A stretch of DNA of 64,000 nucleotides from Mytilus trossulus (taxonomy: Eukaryota): NCBI RefSeq assembly GCF_036588685.1, contig NC_086383.1, positions 17,298,001-17,362,000 on the forward strand, read 5' to 3'. Shown piece after piece: positions 53,066 through 64,000 of this stretch. The position numbers and the translations under genes are program-made. Positions within the stretch are counted from its first letter, which is position 1. Each line of letters opens with the position of its first letter. The notes beneath the pieces were generated by a model. It was not told where the DNA came from, made no database searches, and saw only the letters and a list, made by a program, of their open reading frames with translations.

Positions 53066-54999
53066 GTAGTATTATCGATCCTCATGCCCCAAAAATATAT
53101 TCCTTTGTTGTCTTAAGTAGGTGTGAAGTGTCTCTTTTGTTTTTTTTGGGGTGTCTAATTTTTTTTTGGGGGTGTATAAATTTCTTTTGTTTTTTTTTTA
53201 TTTTTTTATTTTTTTTTGGGGTGTATAAAATTTCTTTTGTTTTTTTATTATGTAAGTTTGGGGTGTATAAAATGTCTTTGTGTTTTTTCTTCATTGGGTT
53301 TGGAGTGTTGAAAAAATCCTTTTGTTATTTTCTTGAATAGATTTGTGGTTTATAATTTAAACAGTCTTCCTTTGTTGTTTTGAATTTGTAGTCATAAATA
53401 TTGGGGGCTATAAAGTTCCTTTGTTATGTACTTAAGTAGGTTTAAATGATCCAACTGTTAAATTATAAAAATAAGTGGAGGGGCGGTGTCAATACCCTTT
53501 ATATAATTCATTGATACTCGTAAAATGTCAAATGTAAATTCGAAAGATATTAAGAAGGTGAGAAAAAACGTAAGAATAGTCATAACAAAATAAGAAGAAA
53601 AAAAGAAAGAAAAAGAAAAAAGTGCAATGTGATTTTTCTTTCCTCACTTTGTTATTCTTGTTTTTTATACTTTGAAGACTCCCTTTCTTACCGATGACAA
53701 AATTAAAGAAATCCATCCCATGATAGTCTGGGGGTTTGCGTTCCAAGAAGAAAGAAAAGGTCATTGGATGATTTGTGCCATTGATGCCCATCGTTTTAGA
53801 CGGCGTGTTCAGATGGCAGATGTCTTTTGTTGGGGGTTATAACTTTTATGAATAGATTTGAGACGTCATAGATATACTGACAGGTTTGATCCTCATGATA
53901 TAAAGATACTCTTATACTGATGGAAAATGTCTTTGTTTAGGGGTTATACTGTTTTTCTACTTTTTATCAATATATTAGAGACCTCATACTTTAGATGTTT
54001 GAACACCAGTTGGGGTGAAATCGATTATTGTCAAATTAATTTGGGTTCATAAATATTGGATTAAATAAGATACCTGTACTTATTGGTTTTAAATTTATTC
54101 GCGTGTGTTTTTCTTCTTCTTTAAACAGATTAAGGCATGGAAATGTTTACTATATAGAAATCAGTCGTTCGTCAGTTTTTTAATCTATGCTATTGATGTG
54201 GCGGAATAGAAGTTCCTTCATAATAAATGTTCCAAACGGAAACAATATTTGGAAAAATTATTTACACTGGAATAAATATTACAGTAAATGTTCCTAACGG
54301 AAAAAATGGTATAGAATATTTGTTCCAGTGGAACCTCTGTTACGCGGAACAAATATACGTTGACAATGGAAAGCCGTAAAATGTCAAACGTACTTTCAAA
54401 AGAAAAGAGGGTGAGTAGCGTTTAAAAAAATATTAACAAATTGAAAAAGTTTTTTAACCCTTAACACTGTTATGGTTTTCATGGTATAGAATAGGGGAAG
54501 GGGAGGGGTTCTACTTTTTTAAGTTTGGCTCACGACTCATTTTAGGTTATGTTATTTGGTGTTTTAATGCAAGATATATACATGAAGCATAAACCATAGT
54601 AATATTCGTCGATATATTTTATTGAAATTACAAGGGTATGCTGTAATTAAACCCCCATCCGTCCATAGTGCTACTAAAACGTTAAAATATAGAATGTTCA
54701 GAGTTTATGGAATAACATATGACTGTCTGTTTCCGATTTTTTTAAGATAAACTACCTCTTTCTGGTATTTTTTTATTACACTATTGAAAAAGAAATAAGT
54801 TACTTCTGTAACATCCTTCAATGTCTAAATTTTTGTATGTTTACACATTTTAATCTGTATATAGCATGTTCATATCATACTTCCATCTTTTACCCGAGAA
54901 ACAACAATGAATAAGCTAAAACATAAATAAAATAAAAACATAACAGATAATAATGCAAATGAATGAGAAAAACCTCCACAGTCTGTAATTGTTTCTTAA

Positions 55000-55604
55000 G
55001 GTCATACGATACAGTTTGATCCCATATTTACAAGTTGATGAAAATTTACATATAGGCTATTTTTTAACTGATTAAATCAAATATGTAATAAAAAGTATAC
55101 CTTCATGTGCTACTTTTTGAGTTAAATGAGGTAGAAATTTTGAATATTTGCTCAAAATTCGGATTCGTGGCCGTATTTTCCTTTTCGAAAGAAGGACATA
55201 ACCTTTTTGTTTTAAAAGATAAACACAAATTTTTTTTTGTGAAATAATTTGTAATTTCTGTATTTTATAAGTATTCTAAAAAATTATGCATTTTTTATTC
55301 AGAAATGGCTCATATTTATCAAATGGTTATGAATTGAGAAAAAACGTAATGTTTTGCTGTATATTTATCCAAATTAAAAAAAATGCACTATTAACAGTTT
55401 TATAAAATTTGGTCCACATAATCTACCTGCAAAATGAATGAAAATGTCGTTTTAAAAAATAGGGGTCCATGCACTCGTTTTCAAATGAAATCAGTTTGAA
55501 TGATAAAAATCAGTCGAAAAATGCACCTTTTCCCGATAAGTCACAGTTAATAACATTTTACGTTAGTAACGTCATTATCTCCCCTGTAACTGTATCGTAT
55601 GCCC
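55000..55604 (-). mobile_element. Kolobok-like non-autonomous DNA transposon, copy 2
   Basis: TTAA|GGTCATACGATACAGTT ... AACTGTATCGTATGCCC|TTAA. A TTAA TSD with RR..YY termini fits the Kolobok superfamily. Confidence 0.88.
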
Positions 55605-58600
55605 TTAAAACGAAGTATACCACTTTACACTAATAAAGTATATCCATTGAAATCAGGGTGGTTGCGTTCGAACATTTTTCACTGTAGGAGGGGGTTTCGT
55701 GTAAAATGTTTGAATACTTTGTTTCATTTATGACTGATGTTAGGGAGACCAGCATTAAATATACTACAATTAACTGTTGAATCATTTTAAGTTTTACGCA
55801 AATTAAACGGCTACATATACAACAATGAGAAACAAAAATATCGCCTACCTTCTACTTAGTTAATCAAAAAATATATACTAGTATAAGAAAGAAGTACACA
55901 AAACAAACCCACAATTTGTGTCCTGTTTTTATTTTTGTTTTATAACCTTTTATAACATGTAAAAATATTGTAAAGTAAGTTTGCACAGTTGTAAGGCCTA
56001 TAATGAGGACTGAAATATAATACTTCTTCCCATGTCTAACTCTCAGTAAATCAATCAATGCTGATTTATATTGAATATTATATACAAGTTGCGCTCGATG
56101 TTGATACTAGTGAGCGTAAAAAGACGTTCCTTATTATAATGCGATTTTGACGATTTCAAATAAAGTTTCAAGCGTTCAACCTTATATTTGATGAGCTCAA
56201 TGAACTGTTTTGAATTCGGTTATCACGATTTCGGTTTGTCGAAAAATGCATTGTTTTTACAAATCAAACTCAAATTGCTCGTACATGTTGTTTTTTAATT
56301 GAATGTTTCTTTACATGAGTTGTCAGTCTTGGACCATTATGGCAAATTTTCCGTTTGCCACCAGATCGCATCAGGATTTTTGTTTTTTAATATCATTTAG
56401 ATATTGTATTTATATTCCCTACTTTTTTTGCATATACATGTATATACTCATTTCGCCGAATTTCTTACAGTTTCCTTTCATTTTTATGTATTATCATTGC
56501 CCGATGTCGCAAAAGATCTAGGTAGTTTTTTAAATTTATTTGGGAATCATATTTTAATCATTTTCAGTACTTTTTTACCATAATGCATGTCCTTTGTTTG
56601 TTATTGTTTGCCGGTAATAGTTTTCCTCTTTCTTTTATTTCAAGTTTACGATGATATTATATATTTTTTCTTTTGACGATTTGAAAACCTGCAGATCGAC
56701 AACGTTCCTTAAGTAAAACAAATGTACTAAAAAAACTATGATCCCAATAATTATTAATCGCATTTGATCAACATTTGAATTTTAACTTAAACTTTTCTTT
56801 ATATTATAGATTATACTTCTTTATTTTTATTCGAGTAAACCTGGAAACAAATAACTATCATGATATATATCTAAAAACCAAAGCATGACTTCAAATACGT
56901 TTTGCAGACGTTGTGACACAACTTCTTCACTTTTTGAAACGATATAAAAATCTTGTTGTCTATCGAAAAACGTTATACACTATTTTGTTTCTCTGTTACA
57001 AGATGGCTATACTTTTTGAAGTCATTGCAATAGAAACTATACTCATGTTTCAGGCAAAAATATATCATGAACCAGAAATAAAGCTAATGCACTTTTAAAT
57101 GTATAAATAATTTTCCTCTCAGCTTTTCCAAATTCTTGATATGAATGCGCAAACCCGCTATATGCTTATTTTCGAATGCTTGGACATTTTTCAGATCGTT
57201 TTCAAACATGATATTTTCCGGTTCACGGTTTCAGTGATATTGATTTTGCTTTAACATGCAAATAACTATAACAATAGCAATATTCTTGTGAAGTTTTACG
57301 ATGATCGGAGAAAATATGCGATACGAACGACACAGAACTCTGAACCTCTGCACACAAAATGTAACGTTTGACATTGCGGTTTTGCATAAAAATGGAAATA
57401 ATTAAGTTTTAAAATTTTTGGTATTCTAAATTTCGTTTCCTTTTTTTTTTTATTTTCAAGTCTATTAAACTCAATTCAACCAGATATCACTATTTTGTCA
57501 ACGAACTGTCCAGTCTACGTATTTATTTTTTATGATAATCTATAGCAAAATGGATTCGTACCAACATTGTGCGCAACGTCAGAACATTTGTATTTTTTCT
57601 TCTTTCCTCCTTTCAACTAAAGATTTCTACCCTACATCTTCATACATGTTTTCAGTCCTTGTAAAAATTGGCAAACCAGTTACTTTTTATCAGCTTTAAC
57701 CTGTAAACCTTCTAATTTATAAGAATATATATATATCTTATGCCAAAATTATCCCATACCTCACTTGCATATTTAAAAAATTGGTCTAATAAGGGTTTAT
57801 TCAAATTTTCCGTAGTCAATATGCTATCAATGCAATAGTCTTTTGCATTTTTAAAATAAACAATATCTTTCTATATGAATATTGTGGTCAATGAACCTCT
57901 CTAGTATTTTGAAGTAAATATTAAATGAATATCAAAAAGGGAATCTATTATAGCTAACAAACAGATTTTGATGTCATTTTAGTTGTTTCTAGGCAATTTA
58001 TTCAATGAGAAAATAATAAACTAAGGTAAACTTAGGTTGCATATAGATACACTTACTCGTTGATTTTGATTGAACACTTTCTGTCTGGTAAGCTAGATTA
58101 TAAATTACACACATCGATACTACACAGTAGGTATAATGTCCGGTTGGTATATGAGTTTTGTTTTAAAGACTAAATTAGGTTTTGGTATTGTTGAGTTGGA
58201 CGAAAACTTTTAATCGAATGTGGTATATTAACGATTACAAGATTCAAAGGAAATGCGTTCATGAAATATGTATATCCTTGCATTATCGCACACTTAATTT
58301 TGAATTCCGGGTATTTATAGAACGGTCCCGGGTTTTTTTGTGTGTAATGTTCATGTCTTATTTCTCATCGTTAGGTTGATTTTCTAGGCACTTTATACAT
58401 ATTCTAATGCCTACTATTTCTTAATCATAAGAAATCCGATGGACAAGGTATAATTTGCTCTTGTCACTACACACAGACACACACATACATATATATTTAT
58501 TTACAGTGATGGTATGCTTCTAGAAATATATTAGCATCTTGTAATTATACTGAAGAGATGAGTAGATGATCATTTCTGTACACTAATAAGAATACTTCGT

Positions 58601-58668
58601 GTATTGTACCAGAGATCCTTATTAAATTCCTACAAGAAGGTAACACCTCCCGAAACGAAAGCTTATGT

Positions 58669-61600
58669 AATATAAGCTAGAGTTAGAGGAGGGGATAAGG
58701 TCTCTGCGCAATGCTAGGTGGTCTTGTCGTAGAAGTTAGAAATAAAAAGTACAGGTTCCAGCCCCGGCGCCGGGGAGGAAGTTACGAATCAAATCTACTC
58801 TAACATCGTTAGGTTGATTTTCTAGGCACTTTTTTTAAATATATATTTTTTTTTCTGGAACGAAAAAATGTATTTCAAGGACCAAATAATAACTTTGCAA
58901 TGTAGTATTTCAATTACTATCGTTTACAGTTTTGTATCGATTTTCCAGTTGAAACAAAATATCAGTACAAAATACTGCAAAGAAAAAAGACATTATAAAC
59001 TAAGACTATATGCCATGTGCTTAGCAAGGATTTGATTCGTTTCATAAGTATTCTTACAATTTATTTTTTATTGTAGCATCGGTGGCTCATCGCCTAAATG
59101 AATCAGCTGGAGAGAGAGGTTTTAAATTTAATTTCCTCTGTCAGTCGATGCAATTAATTTCCTATCTCAAATGTAAATCTTATACTTTAATTATAGATTA
59201 AATTGAGATCTATTGATACATTGTCGTACGAAAAAAAGAAAAGATACAAAAAATAGGAAAGCATTAAGCACATTTGCAAAATGTTTAATTTAAACAACTT
59301 TTGATAAGCTTTATTTCCGCATTTAATCCAACAAAAATCGTTCATTATTACAGTTTGTTCTATATGAATATGATTTTTGTTTTACAGACAAATATTTTTA
59401 TCTATCATTCACTTAAAAAGAAAAAAACTGCACACATGTTACTATTTTGAAGAGAAATTTTATATAGCATATCGATTCGAAGTTGTCAAAGCATTGTTAA
59501 CAATGGTTAAAGACCATGGTTTATTTATTTCCCCATTTTAAAGACAACTTGAACATGTAACACACATTGTAAATTTAATTTACACATTTGTAATGACAAT
59601 AACAACGAGTGAATACAATACTTTCCTCTAAATGTCAAATTATTAGTTAATCAATCAATTTTATTGGATTTTACGACTTTTTATAAACCAGTGTATAGTT
59701 CGATGTTTCATTTATATATTTAAGCAGATTGTAATGTTAACAGTTTTGAAGGGAAGTGGTATTGTAGTTTTTGTTAAAAATAGATTGCGAGAGACACATG
59801 GTTTGATTGTTGAGCCGTTCATGTAACGTTTTAGAATTAAGTCCTGTAGTTTGTTTGTGGAGAGATTGAAGAAAGATCGGATTGAAATTAGTTATCGAGT
59901 TGCGTGACAAAATTGAATGAAAACAAGACTGAATTAAAACAAAATATTATCATTATCACTACCTTTAATTGTCCATTTTTTTCCCTTAAGGTTTACGAAC
60001 ATATCACTCTTTTAATTACAAATTTAACCATTGCTTAAATTTTTTTCTCTTAAAAACTTGTATGATATTGTTGTTTTAGAACTAAATAAAACTTGATCCC
60101 TCTATACTTATAAACGCTATTAGAAAGCGAATAATAATAAATATTTGGTAAGATCAGGAATAAGTACACATACACCATGTACACGGTATTTTTTTTTTTA
60201 TCTTATTTTGGCCTAAGGTACCACTGCACTTGAAAAAAATGTATTTGGTATAATAATGAAAAATGTATGCTTGGCAAAACAAGCAAATTTCCTCCAAATG
60301 CAGTATTGTACCAATGACGAAAGACATTTAACACACACATTTCACTAGAATAAGGGAACGGACTTACACCAAAAAAGGGGTTATAGACATTAATTGTGTA
60401 GTTAAATTTTCGAATCGTATACAATTGTGTAAGAACGGAATAAAATAGATGCTTCCACGACGATGGATGAAATAAGCTAAGCGTTACAAAGCAACGAAGA
60501 GATACCTATAGACGGCAGTTTTTCTGTTATGGTCGGGCAAATAGACATTTCATGGGGCAGGGGAGACACATATCACAAAGTTATTTGGTGGGGGAACACA
60601 GGTAAACTTCGTAAACGTTATCTAGTATCAGTAGACTTAGTGAAACTATGTACATCATAGCAAGCCTATCTCAATATAGGTTTGATTCAAGAAAAACCTG
60701 TCGCACCGTATCGTCTGGTCAATGGTAGGCACTTACCTCAGATGACAAGGGTATATGGTAGATAAAGTTCTGAATCATTGGACAGTCCCGCAGTGTTTTT
60801 TCGAACATGGAATAGAGAAATGTAGAATTTTGCCAATATTGGCAACAGTAGTATACCGATGGTCACACGTCTTTGTGAATTAGCCGACGTAAGTGACAAG
60901 AAACTGTGTAGAATCAATGAAAAAAAAAAAACATTTTGAAAAGGTGGTAGACTTGTAAATTGTTAGTCATTTCATCAAAATTAGGAAACACATTCATTTG
61001 TATAGGTGAGAATGAAACATGTAAAGAAATGTTTTTTTTTCTTTACTCAATTGAAACGGAGGGGTATGTACATATTTCTGCCATAGTGAGTTTAACGGGA
61101 TTCTTTTCTTGTAACTTTTTCTGAACAAACGGTCTTAAACAATACAATAACAAAGATAAACATTCTTATGTAGACTTTATTATAACAGGCAGTACTTTGT
61201 CTTGTCGTGCGTTAAATAGAACGTGCAGATCCCTCGAATGCTTTAAAAGGTACACAAAGGAAACGAAAACAAAGAAAATACTTTTTTACACAGAGGGGAG
61301 GCCGGCGTCCGCCGCCCCGCGCGAAAAAAGTGTATAAAAAAACTGAGCGCGGGGCGGCGGACGCCGGCCTCCCCTCTGTGTAAAAAAGTATTTTCTTTGT
61401 TTTCATTTCCTTTGTGTACCTTTTAAAGCATTCGAGGGATCTGCACGTTCTATTTAACGCACGACAAGACAAAGTACTGCCTGTTATAATAAAGTCTACA
61501 TAAGAATGTTTATCTTTGTTATTGTATTGTTTAAGACCGTTTGTTCAGAAAAAGTTACAAGAAAAGAATCCCGTTAAACTCACTATGGCAGAAATATGTA

Positions 61601-64000
61601 CATACCCCTCCGTTTCAATTGAGTAAAGAAAAAAAAACATTTCTTTACATGTTTCATTCTCACCTATACAAATGAATGTGTTTCCTAATTTTGATGAAAT
61701 GACTAACAATTTACAAGTCTACCACCTTTTCAAAATGTTTTTTTTTTTTCATTGATTCTACACAGTTTCTTGTCACTTACGTCGGCTAATTCACAAAGAC
61801 GTGTGACCATCGGTATACTACTGTTGCCAATATTGGCAAAATTCTACATTTCTCTATTCCATGTTCGAAAAAACACTGCGGGACTGTCCAATGATTCAGA
61901 ACTTTATCTACCATATACCCTTGTCATCTGAGGTAAGTGCCTACCATTGACCAGACGATACGGTGCGACAGGTTTTTCTTGAATCAAACCTATATTGAGA
62001 TAGGCTTGCTATGATGTACATAGTTTCACTAAGTCTACTGATACTAGATAACGTTTACGAAGTTTACCTGTGTTCCCCCACCAAATAACTTTGTGATATG
62101 TGTCTCCCCTGCCCCATGAAATGTCTATTTGCCCGACCATAACAGAAAAACTGCCGTCTATAGGTATCTCTTCGTTGCTTTGTAACGCTTAGCTTATTTC
62201 ATCCATCGTCGTGGAAGCATCTATTTTATTCCGTTCTTACACAATTGTATACGATTCGAAAATTTAACTACACAATTAATGTCTATAACCCCTTTTTTGG
62301 TGTAAGTCCGTTCCCTTATTCTAGTGAAATGTGTGTGTTAAATGTCTTTCGTCATTGGTACAATACTGCATTTGGAGGAAATTTGCTTGTTTTGCCAAGC
62401 ATACATTTTTCATTATTATACCAAATACATTTTTTTCAAGTGCAGTGGTACCTTAGGCCAAAATAAGATAAAAAAAAAAATACCGTGTACATGGTGTATG
62501 TGTACTTATTCCTGATCTTACCAAATATTTATTATTATTCGCTTTCTAATAGCGTTTATAAGTATAGAGGGATCAAGTTTTATTTAGTTCTAAAACAACA
62601 ATATCATACAAGTTTTTAAGAGAAAAAAATTTAAGCAATGGTTAAATTTGTAATTAAAAGAGTGATATGTTCGTAAACCTTAAGGGAAAAAAATGGACAA
62701 TTAAAGGTAGTGATAATGATAATATTTTGTTTTAATTCAGTCTTGTTTTCATTCAATTTTGTCACGCAACTCGATAACTAATTTCAATCCGATCTTTCTT
62801 CAATCTCTCCACAAACAAACTACAGGACTTAATTCTAAAACGTTACATGAACGGCTCAACAATCAAACCATGTGTCTCTCGCAATCTATTTTTAACAAAA
62901 ACTACAATACCACTTCCCTTCAAAACTGTTAACATTACAATCTGCTTAAATATATAAATGAAACATCGAACTATACACTGGTTTATAAAAAGTCGTAAAA
63001 TCCAATAAAATTGATTGATTAACTAATAATTTGACATTTAGAGGAAAGTATTGTATTCACTCGTTGTTATTGTCATTACAAATGTGTAAATTAAATTTAC
63101 AATGTGTGTTACATGTTCAAGTTGTCTTTAAAATGGGGAAATAAATAAACCATGGTCTTTAACCATTGTTAACAATGCTTTGACAACTTCGAATCGATAT
63201 GCTATATAAAATTTCTCTTCAAAATAGTAACATGTGTGCAGTTTTTTTCTTTTTAAGTGAATGATAGATAAAAATATTTGTCTGTAAAACAAAAATCATA
63301 TTCATATAGAACAAACTGTAATAATGAACGATTTTTGTTGGATTAAATGCGGAAATAAAGCTTATCAAAAGTTGTTTAAATTAAACATTTTGCAAATGTG
63401 CTTAATGCTTTCCTATTTTTTGTATCTTTTCTTTTTTTCGTACGACAATGTATCAATAGATCTCAATTTAATCTATAATTAAAGTATAAGATTTACATTT
63501 GAGATAGGAAATTAATTGCATCGACTGACAGAGGAAATTAAATTTAAAACCTCTCTCTCCAGCTGATTCATTTAGGCGATGAGCCACCGATGCTACAATA
63601 AAAAATAAATTGTAAGAATACTTATGAAACGAATCAAATCCTTGCTAAGCACATGCCATATAGTCTTAGTTTATAATGTCTTTTTTCTTTGCAGTATTTT
63701 GTACTGATATTTTGTTTCAACTGGAAAATCGATACAAAACTGTAAACGATAGTAATTGAAATACTACATTGCAAAGTTATTATTTGGTCCTTGAAATACA
63801 TTTTTTCGTTCCAGAAAAAAAAATATATATTTAAAAAAAGTGCCTAGAAAATCAACCTAACGATGTTAGAGTAGATTTGATTCGTAACTTCCTCCCCGGC
63901 GCCGGGGCTGGAACCTGTACTTTTTATTTCTAACTTCTACGACAAGACCACCTAGCATTGCGCAGAGACCTTATCCCCTCCTCTAACTCTAGCTTATATT
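58669..64000. repeat. Giant near-perfect palindrome (arms >=2654 bp, 24-nt spacer 61323-61346), runs off the window
   Basis: Position x pairs with 122669-x at the apex and at the window edge (no net indel); mirrored ORFs 60203-60424(-) and 62245-62466(+); mismatches seen at 59013/63656 and 61264/61405. Confidence 0.97.

Noticed and set aside
60203-62466. Identical 73-aa ORFs on opposite strands and the 86-aa ORF over the apex
   Set aside because: A consequence of the palindrome; non-ATG starts and no recognisable protein features.

Overview
AT-rich animal genomic DNA, most likely a bivalve of the genus Mytilus (inferred from the repeat families, retrozyme-type hammerhead repeats and an intronless Mab-21/cGAS-like gene). 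The first ~25 kb hold a spliced hunchback (hb) gene on the + strand: coding exons 11012-11286, 18800-19014 and 19533-21623, plus a probable first exon ending at 406. It encodes a nine-zinc-finger protein. Its mRNA carries a cluster of let-7 seed sites, three of them written into synonymous codons of the CDS, and a lin-4/miR-125 8mer, echoing the nematode heterochronic hbl-1 circuit. Downstream lie several tandem arrays, MITEs and decayed hammerhead retrozyme copies. A cGAS-like receptor gene (44441-49697) is split by a young 3.3-kb gag-only LTR retrotransposon (45160-48447, TSD CACA). The window ends inside a near-perfect giant palindrome (arms >=2.65 kb) with a GC-rich hairpin apex at ~61335. 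All coordinates were read by eye; no database searches were run.
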